64,000 bases of DNA from Macrostomum lignano (GCA_002269645.1 NIVC01003339.1:39402-103401), one strand, 5' to 3'; shown: positions 1 through 13,358, numbered from the stretch's first letter. The notes: a model not told the origin generated them from the sequence alone. Numbers and translations are program-made.

Positions 1-735
1 CTAGAGACACTGACCGCTATCTAGAGACACTGACTTCCATCTAGAGACACTGACTCCCATCTAGAGACACTGACACTCATCTAGAGACACTGACTTCCAT
101 CTAGAGACACTGACACTCATCTAGAGACACTGACACTCATCTAGAGACACTGACACTCATCTAGAGACATTGACTCTCAGCTAAAGACACTGACTCCCAT
201 TTAGAGAAACTGACGCCTATCTAAAGACACTGACTTCCATCTAGAGACACTGACTCCCATCTAGAGACACTGACTTTTATCTATAGACATTGACTTCCAT
301 CTAGAGACACTGACTCCCATCTAGAGACACTGACACTCATCTAGAGACACTGACTCCCATCTAGAGACACTGACTCCCATCTAGAGACACTGACACTCAT
401 CTAGAGACACTGACACATCTAGAGACACTGACTCCCATCTAAAGACCCTGACACATCTAGAGACACTGACTCCCATCTAAAGACACTAACTCCCATTTAG
501 AGACACTGACGCATATCTAAAGACACTGACTCCCATCTAGAGACACTGACTCCCATCTAAAGACACTGACACATCTAGAGACACTGACACATCTAGAGAC
601 ACTGACTCCCATCTAAAGACCCTGACACATCTAGAGGCACTAAAATGTATTTAGATACAATAAAATCTATCTAGATACAGCGATATTCATCTATACAACC
701 TCAACTCCATCTGGAGGCAACAGACGTCTATCTAA
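1..735. repeat. 20-bp minisatellite (atctagagacactgactccc, with 17-bp variants), intronic to the calsyntenin-like gene
   Basis: Directly visible tandem units, degenerating towards about 735. Confidence 0.95.
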
Positions 736-805
736 AGACAACTAGCACTTCAGCTCAGTTCTTGAGACCCTTGCAGTCGTGAGCCATTAGCAACTGCAAA
801 CGCAC

Positions 806-1913
806 CATGGCCATCGATATCAAACGGCACAGCCGCAGGCGGACCACCATCAGCTCCAGAAGAAGCAACCGCCAGGGGGTCGTTCTCAATCTCGTATCGG
901 CAAACACTGGCCGATCCGTGCTGCTCAGAAGCTGCAACTCGCAACACTTCAGTGCCGATAGGCGAGTTCTGAGCCACGGTGGCGGCGTAGGAGGGATGAC
1001 TGAACTTTGGTGTCTCCCACTCAGTCAGGCGCAGCATCACAGGCACCCGAGCTGACTGGCGCTGCAGTTTAGGCCCATTGCAATCGAATGCCGAGATGTC
1101 GAAGTCGAAATACACGCCGGTTGGACTCGAAGTTTCATTGGCATCAACTTTGTCTAGAAAATTAGAAATGTATATTTTTTCATTGGGGATTGTTTATCTA
1201 GTGATTAGGATTAAGCATTGAGAAAGGCTTGTCTAAAAATAGTCCCCCCCCCAGTGACGTGAACCAGCTGCTCTATCTCTTAAAGTACATATAATAATAA
1301 CAGCTGTTTAGTCCAAGGACTGGGGGCTCGCCACACACAGCCTCAATTACCCCAGCTAATGCTGGCACCCATTTTACAGCTGGGTGAACTGAAGCAATGC
1401 GGAGTTGAGTGTCTTGCTCAAGGACACAAATTGTTTCGAGTGGGATCGTCGGGAATCGAACCCTCGACCTTCAAGTCGTGAGTCGACGCTTTACAACCTC
1501 CTAATGTAACATTTTCTCTCAAGTATACAGCAAGCCTTGAAGTACACAAAGCGAACTTATTATTGAGAAGAATTTACCTTTGCCATCGTACACAGACAGA
1601 TCCACGCCATCCTTAGCAAACAGACGCCCAGTGCCAAGCACCGGATTGCTCAAATGGATTTCCACAGGCGGTGCAACGCTATCTCGCTGGTGCAACTTGA
1701 AGCCACAGATAAAATCAGTTGAGCTGTGACCATGGTCTTGATGATGGAACACAGCTCGAATAGGCGGATCAATCACAACTCGGCCAGTGTTCCAATACAG
1801 AGCGGCCTTGTAGCTGGCTACAGGATCACCGTTGGGTGCTTGCAGTTGAATTTTGTTACCCAACGATGCACCAATGATGGTCAAAATGCAGCACAGTCCC
1901 AGCGCTGTGCGAC
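806..1913 (-). CDS. CLSTN: Calsyntenin-like cadherin, partial: exons 1913-1578 and 1153-806; gene continues beyond window start; first exon not found
   Basis: Signal-peptide-like ALGLCCILTIIGASLG, then VVIDPPIRA..ICGFKLH..GTGRLFAK, YFDFDISAFDC, PKFSHPSYAATV and CRYEI..VPFDIDGHG, matching the two N-terminal calsyntenin cadherin repeats. Acceptors at 1915-1914 (ctaac branch site upstream) and 1155-1154; donors at 1577 (gtaaat) and 805 (gtgcgt); all phase 1. Confidence 0.75.
1309..1500 (-). mobile_element. tRNA-derived CORE-type SINE, copy 1
   Basis: cccattttacagctgggtgaactgaagca..gtgtcttgctcaaggacac resembles the MIR/CORE domain; B-box GGTTCGATTCC on the minus strand; near-identical copies at 14.2 kb and 62.3 kb. 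Confidence 0.8.
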
Positions 1914-2254
1914 CTGTTTCGTATTACAGATGGCAAGAGGTTAGTTGGGAATTGGTCAATGGAAATTATTTTTTACTATTTAATCATGGCAACCAGTATT
2001 ATAAATGAAGTTATGTTTTCTTTTTCTTTTTTATGAAGAATTCAAAGAAAAAACCTTTATTATTTAAGTCCACTATTTACAAGAAAGGGTACAAAGAATA
2101 GAGACCTATCTTCTTTACCACAATAATGCAAGGCTATTCATTATATCAGTGACTATGCAATCATTTAATTTCAGGATAGCTTCAAGGATAAATCTATAAT
2201 AGCAAAATCGAAAGAATTTATTTGTACTAGATTCTAAGCAAGAGTATATGTATA

Positions 2255-2257
<3 letters not shown>

Positions 2258-2297
<40 letters not shown>
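2258..2297. repeat. (TA)n microsatellite
   Basis: Direct. Confidence 0.95.
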
Positions 2298-2299
<2 letters not shown>

Positions 2300-5124
2300 C
2301 AAAATGGTAGCCTAATCAAAAAAATGCATAGTTTAATATACAATATAAAGTAATAAGACTTTGTTTAGCAGATCTGCTAATAGGGGCTATGTTATAAATA
2401 ATATAGATCTATATTACTTTTTTATTGCTTTATATTGCTTATAAATATATTTTATAGAGATGGACCAGATTTTAATATGAGGCCTATCAAATCCAATGAC
2501 AATATGTAGTTTTATAGCTTGACACTGACATTTAAAAGTATTATTCATCTTTTTAAACTGCTAGTAGGCCTCTATATTTTTTGTTAGCTTCTCTTAATTT
2601 ATTTTATATTTATAATATATATACTAATATAATATACAATACTTAGTCTAGGCCTAGCCTATAAACAAAAATAAAGGTAGCTGTTATTATTATGGTTATG
2701 GTATCCAAACAATGAGTAAAACAGTTCTTTTTATAGTCAACACAAAATCAAATACTGTCTAAATTAAGTAATAAACTTGCAATGCAAACAATAAGATACT
2801 TTATAAACTCAAAAAATAAATAATCATGCTATTAGTATATTGATACAATAGTAATTTCTAGTGGTTCTTGCCATTAACATTTAGCTTACTTATTGTAACT
2901 ATTAATGTAAATGAAATTTCTTTCTATGACAATACAAATACACCTTCTACTTCTTAATGTATTAGACAATGACAAAGAAAACAATTATTGTACTATTTAC
3001 GAATATATAGTTACATTAGGTTAAAACCTTAAGCCCAAGTATAAGCATATTTGTTTTATGTATTGACCATAAAAATAACTATTTTACTATTTATATGATC
3101 ATTTTAACAGTAACAAGTGACAAAAATAAATATTAAATCCTTACTGTTCTCTTTATAGCATCTAATCTACTTGAATATTAAAATTTGACAAATACTTACA
3201 AACCAAATGTGTATGTCAACTCTTTGAAAATTTTCTAAGTCAATATTGTACTAAAAACTATAGTGCAATATCAGTGTTAAGGTTAAAAAACTTTTGGTTC
3301 AAAGTAGGCGCATAGCCAAAGGGGGACACTAGGGATATGTCCCCCCTCTGAGAGAGGAAATTTTTATTGCCTTTGTATTTTGTCTCTGTTGCTAACATTG
3401 GAGATAGTTTGAGGTCATCTATCCCTATCCTTGACATGAATCCTAGCTATGTGATTAGTTCTAAGGAAAATAACTTGTAGCACTTGTTTTGGTACTGGTA
3501 CTTTAAAAAATAACTTTTGAAACTTTTATTATTTGTCTTTATTAATTTTAAAGATTTGCCAATTAAAAAGTTGCCTAAACTTTTCTTTGTAAAAAAGCAA
3601 AAAGCATGTGTTGGTCTAGAGTTAAATATGTAGTCTTCAAAAATAGCTAAATAAATACTAGGCCCATATATAATATTAGTATTGTATCCATATTGAGGTA
3701 AATTATTAAAAAATAGAAAATAAGAATTACCAGTATATTAGGACACTAGACTTGTGATTTGCCAAAAAAATTTGGAGGCCAATTTTCAAATGTTGATTCT
3801 GCCTCTTTAGAAGTATATATGGAAACAATTTTATGCCAATAGGTATGTCACAATGAGTAGAATACTTTAGCTGACTTTTAGTTTGTGTTGGGTCATTCTT
3901 TTTGCTCTATTAGTATTGCAACTATGATTTTATCTCCTATTCTACTAATCCAAAATGACCTTATTTTGCACAGATTTATGGCAACAACTCTTTTCTTCAT
4001 ATTAGGTTTAACATTATTAAAAACACACAAAAGACAAAAAAATTATAAACTAAAATGTAGCAAGGGCTCAACTATAAACTTATAGCAATTCAACACATTA
4101 ACAAAATATTGAAAAAGTAGCTGATAAATGGGTAACTAGCTGCAGTGAATGCTGCAAAATGACTATAGTAAATGATTGCTAAGACCCATGAGCTGATGAA
4201 AGTTGAGCACGAATCTCAGCTTGATTGTACTGAGTACCAAGTACCAAGTTCTAAGTCCCAATCAATGTACACAATTAGCATACAAAAAGATGAAGTTTAA
4301 GTTTAGCACAATCTCTATGCACATGTTAAAGTAGCTACATTAAGATCAAAAAGAATAGTTTGCCCTTCTAAAAATTAATGAAAAATTATAGTTGAAAGAA
4401 GCAAAAGTAAAGAAAAGTTAAAAAATACATTCTTTACAAAAAACTAATTCATTTTTCCATAGTCAAGAAGGTGGCCTTTGCCATGGAAAATTCCGAGGCA
4501 CACAAGGGGTCCTTGGCATACAATCATGGCACACACTGAGGTCCCTGGCATATGTGGCGCACAAAGCATAGCACATACTGAGGTCCCTAGCACATGCAGT
4601 GCATAAGGTCCCTGACATATGCAGTGCTGTACACAACTTTGGTGCATAAGGAATCAGAATAGAATCTTTATTAGCATAAAACTGGCATAGCATATTGAGT
4701 CTACATGAATTCTAAGAATTTTGTAAATTTGTTATAAAATAAGTAATAAGTAATAATAAAGTAATAATTACATATAATACATAAAATATTTAAAATAAGG
4801 ACACAGACATGGCACATAGACAGCACATAGATGGTGCACAAATTGTGCATAGACAGCACATAGATTGTCCCAAAAAAATTATTCCAGCACATACTGTGCC
4901 ACCTTCCTGACTGTAATAGTTTTTGTTAATCATTTCTATAATGTCTTGAAATATTATTCATAATTTTTAATTTTAGTTTTGGCATATTTTCATGTGCAAT
5001 GAAATTCTACTGGCATACATAGGCATACATGAGCTAGCAAAGCAATTTTCATTCTAGTGGATAGGCCTACTATAATATATGGCAAAATTGGGTAGGGTTG
5101 CTTGCTTAACAACAATCAAGTAGA

Positions 5125-5714
5125 GAAAACTCAAAATCAACATTTTAGTTTTGCCAATGCATTTTGACTACAATTGGTCATCTTTAAAGCAGACGCATCA
5201 ATTAATCACACAAAACCAAGTTAATATATTTTATTCAAGAAATGAAGACTATACAATGCCATGTGCAAATCAATTTTAGTCCAGTCTAGTCCAGTCCAAT
5301 CTAGACCTAAATGATAACTTCTCATGTGCAACTCCTGATGCAATATGAACTGTTGTGATATGTTTAAAGTTATCAATTCCTATAACAAAGAAAACAAATT
5401 GAGCATTCTTGAGACAATGTACATAAAGGCTCAGAAACCAAATTTGAACAGCCAGTTAGCCATGGGGTGCAAGCTGCCAACTCAATATGTTTTAGCTACG
5501 TTGGCAGACTTGTTAACTTTGTTTAGGTTTTCTTTCTCTTGCTAACTGGACTGGACTGAAATTGATTTGCATATGGCATTATATAGTCTTCATTTCTTGA
5601 ATAAAATATATAACTTGGTTTTGCGTGATTAATTGACACGTCTGCCCTAAAGATGACCGATTGTGGTCAAAATGCATTGGCAAAACTAAAATGCTGATTT
5701 TGAGTTGAGTTTTC
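5125..5714 (+). mobile_element. Penelope-like retroelement 3' fragment with inverted arms
   Basis: Inverted arms of about 170 bp (5125-5297 and 5545-5714) enclose FKVINSYNKENKLSILETMYIKAQKPNLNSQ, which resembles the C-terminus of the Penelope GIY-YIG endonuclease. AATAAA lies within the right arm. Confidence 0.65.
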
Positions 5715-7624
5715 TTTACATATGGCAAAATGGTAAATGGTAAAACATATATGCGGACATTCAATGGAAGATAATATAGGTCTATCTAAAAAATATTGCT
5801 TACATGCTTTACATCATTGAATAAATGAGTAAAAAAACAACAATAAAGCATTTTAAAAATCTAAGTTGACCAATTTGCAATTTCTTATATCTATTTTCAT
5901 TAATAAAAACTTAATTCTAGGACTTATAGACCTTAGAGAATGCTAATTTTTCACTACTTACAAAAATCGAAAGTATTCTCCTATTATGTGCTCTACTTTT
6001 TATTTTATTCAAAATGATGGATTTTAAGGAAATTTAAAGGAAAACAACAAGCTTGTGAAAATTCATACTAATTAAAAGTACAAAGTATGCCAAAAAAAAT
6101 CTCTCTAAAATTAAAAACATCGCCAATTCTTTGTTGCAAAATAATCTTTAAGGTGTTTTCTTTCATATAAAAATCAACTTGTATTAGTATTTTTCTAGAC
6201 TGGGCCTATAACTGTTTAACATAACAATAACAATACACAGGTACGAACAAAAAAGCATATAACAACTGAAATGCAAAAATAATTACCTATTGGGTTAAAA
6301 GCGCCCATGGAAACCACGAACAGAACTTATTAACGATGACACCACAAGTTATTTAAGGACACACAATGAATTTTCCGATACAATCTAAAAAAAGATTTTG
6401 ATTACAAAAGTTAAACCTGTGATGAAAACATAAATATTTTACGTATTATTTGTAGTTATAAGAAAATATTTTATTCGTTTTTTGATTTCAGCTAATTGAT
6501 GCACAACATAATAAACAATAAAATGTTTGATTAAAAAAGTTTGTTTTGTTATAACGGTTACAAACAAAATGGCTGACCGTGTTTTTTAAGCACAGTAAAT
6601 TATTGAATTTGCGTTGCTCTCAAAACAGTCATCTTATCCAATCTTGTCTTGTAGTGGCTCGACGTTGATTAATTCACCTCTATAAAAGCAACAGTTAGCC
6701 TTTTTTAGCAAGAAATGCCGTGTTTAAGTTTTATTTCTGGTCCTTGTCCGCTGTCAATGCAGAGGCTATTGTTTTTTAGTGACATTAACTGGCTTCTATT
6801 TTTGTTCCTTTTTTACAGGCATCTTTATTTTTAATTTCTCTTACAGAATAAAGCATCAAAATATTTAGCTCCTAGCATTGCATTGCTTTTAATATTTATT
6901 GCCTTCATTATTATTTACTAGGCAGCACTGTCAATAAAAGCAAGGTAGCAAAAAATAGTTTTTTGCCTAGGCCTAATTTAAAATGTCAATTCATTATCAT
7001 AGGCCTAGGCTTATCAAAAGCATATCCCCTATGTCAGGATTCTATACTGGTGTGCACCTAAATCAAATTTGCTTCCTTACCTCCTAATATATGTATGGCA
7101 ATAGACTTGTATTTGAAAATTTAAATTTTGTACAAAATGCTTACTTAAGCCAAGTTAAGGCATTTTATGTTATATTCCTGACCTAAGGTAGTAAGGATGC
7201 TGTTTTTAGGGAAAAACTCTTCCATGCTAAAAGGTCCCAAGCAATGTACTACTGCATATATGGCATGTATCAAGGAGTTGGCAAAGTTTTTTGGCATGCT
7301 TTGTGCAATAGCACAATATAAGAAAACGTAAAAATGCATGACACTAAGACTGCCACACTCTGGATCATGTAGATGTAGTGTATGCCCAAAAATTTGGGCA
7401 TGCATTGGCCTTGCATCCCAAAAGTAGGCTTGCACTGTTGGCATGTATCACTCCTAAGAAAATACACCTAGTGTACACTTTATACAATCACATAGAAGAG
7501 TTATCATGAAACAGGAAAAATGAAAAAAGTTTATTTTTAAGCATTATTTTCTCACTTTCTGGGTTTTTAAGCTTGTTATAAGGCATTTAAACATTTTTTG
7601 GCTTGTATCAATCATGCTTAAGCA

Positions 7625-7772
7625 TAACCTAGGGATTTACCTGGCTGTTTCTATTGGCAACACACATATATAAGTCATTATTGAATGGAATAGTAGTCAC
7701 GTGACTGCTCTTAGCCAATAGCAACTTACATATGTATGTTGCTAATAGAAATAGCCAAGTGATGCCTAAGGT
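7625..7772. repeat. Degenerate inverted repeat with arms of about 50 bp (MITE-like)
   Basis: aacctagggatttacctggctgtttctattggcaacacacatatataag pairs with cttacatatgtatgttgctaatagaaatagccaagtgatgcctaaggtt. Confidence 0.6.
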
Positions 7773-8313
7773 TGCATATGTATGGTATCAATTTTTTACA
7801 ATAAATAATATTGCCAAAAAAGTAGAAAAAATAACCAAATTATCTGTCTAAAAGGTCTATGTGCAATAAAAGGGTCATTTATTGTTGCAACACTAGCAGT
7901 TTTAAGAATGGGCATGCATTTAATTTTTTGGTGTACATTTTTTTAACTATCATTTTTTGTTTGGGCATGTGCCTAGCATGATCTAGACTATAGATAAATT
8001 GCATAGTCAAAGCTACACAATACAATAGCTATGCCATATTAAAATGTTAGATATTAAATATGATAAATTGGTATATAATTTTGACTTCTTGATTCTTTTA
8101 CTGGATTAAAAAATCAAGTCTATATTTGTTTGTTTTTTATTTTAATAAAACATTTCTTTACATTTATAATTGTTTTTAACTTTTTCTTGATTTCAGATGA
8201 TTAGCTATATACAACCGTGAAAGTGAAAAACAACACACATTTTATTAAAGCCACAAGGCGATTCAAGCTTATAAATATAAAGTATGAAAATTATGGATAT
8301 ATATGCTCGTAGT

Positions 8314-11300
8314 TTAGATCCCCTTATCCTCATCATCTAGCACATGCAACTCCCCAGAGAGGTAGTCCCAATACAAGTTCAAGACTTCCTCCTTTTCTGG
8401 AAAGTCATTGAACAGAACAGCAAAGTGCTGGTTAAATACATAGTGGTCTAGGCTAGTCATTCTGATGCAACTCAGCACTATGCCTTCCTCCCAGCTTTTG
8501 CAATTAAGGTAGGCAAATAGCATTTCTATTCGCTACCCAACCAAATCTGGGAGGTTGGCAAGTGATAGTGCAGCTTCATTGTGTACATTGTCCTGGTTTG
8601 GGCCAATATTCACAGCTGCATTGGCAGCCTGACCACATCCATGGCGCCTTTGTCCGCCGCACCCTTCCCGGGCATGTCCTTGTCCACCATGGCCTCTGGC
8701 TCTGGGGGTGGCACTACTGCCACTATGGGCAGTTTGTTGGGTAGCATCACAGACAGCAGGCTCTAGGTACTCAGCAATGGTGGAACAAATACGCTGAGAT
8801 AGTTTAGCCACATCCAAAATGGCTGCTGGCTGATTGGCAGAGGCTGTGGCAGCGGGCTTAGTACAAAAAATGCCCAGTAGGTTGCGCAGCTGTTGGTGCA
8901 ATTGCATGGCAATACACTTCATGCCAGCCTCTGACAGCAGCAGCTTGGCATGATCTTTGGGCAGGCTGGACTCTGGATTGAAAGGGATTTAAATGGGAAA
9001 TTAAGAGGCAATGCTATAATTTTTTTAATATTTTCATTAAAAACAATGTATTAATTCTCTATTTCTCAACAAAGAATAAATTTAGGCTTACTGTTGATGA
9101 GCTTTTGAAGCTGCGGCTAGGCAACAACTGCCTTGTTCTGCTTTGCAGGGGGCCAGTGTAGCAAGAGCCTTGTCCATCTGCGCGGTTGATGAGCAAAGTC
9201 CACAGAATCCAACACTAGCAATTTTGTCGCGCAGGTTGGCTTCCAATGCAGCCTCCTTGCACCACTTTTCCGCAACTCTTGCATGCATTATTTCCTGCTA
9301 TTGCATACAAACCGCAGCTGCATTGTCTTTCCATCGCCACTCCATAACTGAGGCATTCTGGCACGCATGCAAAATCATGGTATTGCACTGTTCTCACATT
9401 TTTTCCGCCATCCACTCTGATGTGCCATTCTGGTCAAAGAGGACAATAGCTTTGCAAGCAATGGGGCGCATGTTAGGTTAGTCTCTTACGAGATGGTCCA
9501 GCATGGCAAACAAGCGCTCCCCAGGAGTCCTTGGGCGCAGAGTGGGCACGGTTGGCAACCTCGTCTGGCAGTTCACGCAGCACAACTAATTACCTGCAGG
9601 GCCTGACCAACCAGCTTGTTGTCTAGCTTGTTGTCGGCGTCAGCAGTCAGAGAGGCCCATACCTTGGCGACATTGCTGTCACAGAGAATGGCCTCGCACA
9701 GCTCCAGGAAGGGGCCCTCCAAGTCACCAAAAAAGTTAAGCGCATCTGAAGAGGCCAGGCTATGCATCCATGCCACGACCTGCTTGTATCGCTCATTCAT
9801 ATCAATGATTGTGACATATTTGCAGCGTAGCAGCACCCACAGAGGTCTGATCAACAAGATGTCAATCAGGCCGAGGGCTCGGCAGCCACAGATCAGCAAC
9901 GGAGAAGCCAGATCGGCATGCATGGCGAATATGAGTCGATTGCTGTCTGGTTACTCAGAGAGTAAGTCAAGTAAAACATTCTGTTGCCAGAGAATAGTGC
10001 CGCCATTGGAAAGAGTGACCTGTGCTCGGTTGCCACAGAATCCTTCTATCTGAAGTCTTTCTCCCCAAGCATCTAGGTAGCTTGCCAGTGGACCACCGAT
10101 ACCACACTGCTTGTTGCCATTGATGTGGAATGCCTTGCGTGCGGTGCGGATGAGGCGCAGCATTCCTGACTCAAGCTTTGATGGCCAAAAGCCAGATAGT
10201 GCAGCAGCCCCAATGGGTTCTACCAACGGAACCTTGATCAAAATCATGGTAATTGAAAACAAACAAGTATATAATTTTACTAATTTCCCCAATTTTTTAA
10301 AAATCTTACAGTTACACCTTACATCTTAAATTTTTGTTAAAGGAAGCCCCAACCCACAAAAATACCTGGTACTCGGTGTAGTGGCAGCTTTGCTTGCTTG
10401 TTGTGTCAGTCATCATAGTCATCGGTTGATGGTCACTGACGGCTACAATAAGACATTCTGCTATACATAACTTTGCCAGGCTGTTGCCAATGCTGTAGCA
10501 CAGGCTAATCGTGAGGGAGGCAGATGGAAGGCAGAGGCAATTGGCGTCTAGACCAACAAGGTCAGTCAGCATGCATCTGATGGCACTGCTGACCCTTTTG
10601 ATTAGCACCTGACAGTCGAGGACCAGACATATGCAGGTCGCAATGACGTCGTTGGTGAACTGCATACATGCGCAACCTCCAAAATTCGGTCGGCCGTGCG
10701 ACTTAGTTTTAACAAAAATGCGACAGTTTTTGGCCAGAAATGCGACTTACATGTAAAAAAAACCCTAAAGCAAAATTAACGCAACTTTGGGTAAACGGCA
10801 GGAGTAACTATGACTGTCTTATTAACCCAAAATGCCTCGTCAGCTACTTAGTACTACTACTTAGGTATTTTTTCGGGTGGGCATTTTTGCGACTTCCTTG
10901 GTTGGTCACCAAATCAGTCGGCCGGATCGGCCGACTCGGCCGACTGTTGCGCATGTATGGTGAACTGGACGCCACCCTGTGGCCGGCTCTCTAGTGTGCT
11001 GACCTGCATCAATTGTAAACACTCTGCCATGGACTCTGCTGCCATGTCCAGACTGCTATGCAGCTCGTGAACCTCACGCTGCAGCTGTTTGACCTGCTGC
11101 CTGGCAGCCTCATCCAACTTCAGCTGCTTTCTACAAGTATATCCTTGGGCCTGGTGGCACAGCTCACTGATGATGATGGCCTGCTGCAAGGTGATCTGCT
11201 GCTGCTGCAAAATTTGCCGCCTTGACTTGGCCAGCTTTTTATTGGCCCTGCAAAGCTGCTCTGCCAAGGCCTTGTTGCGGCTGTGGGATCTGGCATAATG

Positions 11301-11789
11301 CTCTGTATTGCTGTTGCTAGCGCCAGACTCTGGGATGTCATCAACACTGCCATCATTAGAATCCTCACCAGCACCACTGCTATCAGCACCATCACTATCA
11401 ACACCAAAAAGCTGGGGTTGTAGGTCCTTTACTAACACATTTGGCAGCTCAAATATGGATTCAAGAAATTCTGTCTATTTGGACTGCTGCCCCACTTTGA
11501 GTTGCCTCTGGTGATCACGCTGTAGCACCTGGCTTTTCTTCTTGGCAATATCAAGGCTCCGCAGCAGGTCGTACTTCTGCTTGGTGCTCAGGGCACTGCA
11601 AGAGAGGCCCATGGCACGCATCGCGCGGGTTGCCTGCTCGTGTCCTTTCTCGCCCTTGGCCTTGGCTTTCTGGATGAATGCCAAAGCCTTGCCGGTGGTG
11701 ATTAAGAGATATTTCTGTAGCACACAATCGCCATCAGCATCATTGATGCTTGCTTTGTGCTTTGCCTTTGGCATTGAAAAGCTAGCCAT
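8314..11789 (-). pseudogene. Decayed large DDE-type DNA transposase (coiled-coil N-terminus, Tudor/Spin-like C-terminus); superfamily not assigned
   Basis: Collinear broken frames: QFTNDVIATC..TMMTDTTSK..HYTEYQV (first catalytic D region), ESGMLRLIRTARKAF..GNRAQV, HADL..GCRALGLIDILLIRPLW..IIDMNERY, SAPK..GERLFAMLDHL..PN (catalytic E region), and LVG*RIEMLF..WEEGIVL..LNLYWDYLSGELHVL. Many stops and frameshifts. Family recognition is from memory. Confidence 0.65.
10663..10959. mobile_element. 297-bp MITE with an 8-bp TSD (hAT/P-type) inserted in the transposase
   Basis: Perfect 14-bp TIR CATACATGCGCAAC/GTTGCGCATGTATG; TSD GTGAACTG at 10655-10662 and 10960-10967; removing it restores GGVQFTND. 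Confidence 0.92.
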
Positions 11790-13358
11790 TTTTTAAATTT
11801 GGAAGCTGAAATATTTAAAATTGAAATTAGTCAATTTTAAACATTTCAATCAATGGGCAGACAATATATGTTTAGTGTCTAAAGACAATAAGCATTTAAT
11901 ATAAAATATATGCTAACTTCAGTCTTCAGTTGCAGCTAATCAACAAGCAATAATATTGGGAAAAAATGAAAAGGAGTTTTTTTAATAAACCAAAGTACAC
12001 AAAAACATTTTTATATGTTTTTCACTAAAAAACAAATCAAACTTTATATATATTCATCAGTCTAAAAATTATAATCATTCAAAGTTAAAAAAATGTGCAA
12101 TTCTAAGATATGCTACCATGGTATCAAGTTCCAATAGCAAAAAGTCACAAAATTGGTGATTTTTTAACCTTTATCAATATATAGGTAAAAGAGTATAAAA
12201 ACATACTTTTATATGTTGTGGAGTAAACAAATAAAAAAGATTTCAGAAAAAGCAATTAACTTTTAAATAGTAGCCATTTGAGATTTAAATTTTGCTCTTT
12301 TTTTGATGTGCATTTTCACTTTTAAAAACTTCAAATGCAAACCAAAAAAGATACATTAGAAAGAATAAAACAATTTGTTAATCTTATGTAGAACTGCTTG
12401 GTCTTTAAAATGATACCAGACTCAACATTGTATGTTGAATAGCAAAAAAGACATCACAACAAAAAGTGAAAAATTTTGTTTTTGTATGTCCAATGGCAAC
12501 AATCTATAATGTATTTTTCCTATCTAAAAAGCAGAATTTTTTGGGGACAAAAAATGCTATAACTTTTTTTATTATTCAACCAAATTTAATAAGTGAAGCC
12601 ATTTTGTGATGCTGTTATTGTCCTCTATCAGATACATATCTGAAAAGAAATAAATTTTAAAGTTTCAAAATCTCACTGGAGTCCCTCATAATGATATCAT
12701 ACTTTTTTATTTTGGTCAAGTAAGAAGAGTTTTTGTTGGAATTTTGTACATTGTCTTTAGTGTTATTATTAGCCATTCTTCCTCAAAAAGTCTAATTTTT
12801 CCAAGTTATAGATAACATAATGTTTGAATTGTGAAGTGGATTTTTGTACTTCATGTCATTTTTTAAATTTCTTCTAGATTATTTTGCATTACTGCTTTGC
12901 AAAATGCAATTTATAGTTTTATTGTCATTCTCCAAATATTAAGATACCATAAATTAAATTTTGATTCTTAGATAAATTTTAATATAATAAAATAGTCCTT
13001 AATATAGATCATACACCCAGCCAATCCAGCTGCCAAGCTGGCATGGGGCCTAGCCAAGGTAAGTTGCAAAAATGCTCACATTATATGGCAAGGCATTTAG
13101 TCCTGATAATAGAGTCATAGTTACTTTTGCCATTTACCCAAAGTTATGTTAATTTTTTGCTTGTCTTTTAAAGTAAGTATATATCAAGGTTCCCATAAAT
13201 TTTTTACATTAAATAATTATTAATTAATTATTGCATGTCATTTATCCAAGGCTTGCTTGCTAACTATTGAAAGTTGCACACAAACTACCAAAGCAAAAAA
13301 AACGTCTGCCATTGTCATTATAAACCAGAAGATTCAACAAAAAGCATCTGCAACAACA

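Noticed and set aside
755-810. AHDC motif in an alternative frame and TGA at 750, suggesting a truncated or frameshifted calsyntenin
   Set aside because: A phase-1 donor (gtgcgt at 805) after PFDIDGHG explains the end of homology, and the spacing to AHDC is too short for a cadherin repeat.
7140-13150. Terminal repeats for the large transposase (agccaag(t/g)taag at about 7148 and 13043)
   Set aside because: The matches are short, direct rather than inverted, and lack a TSD.
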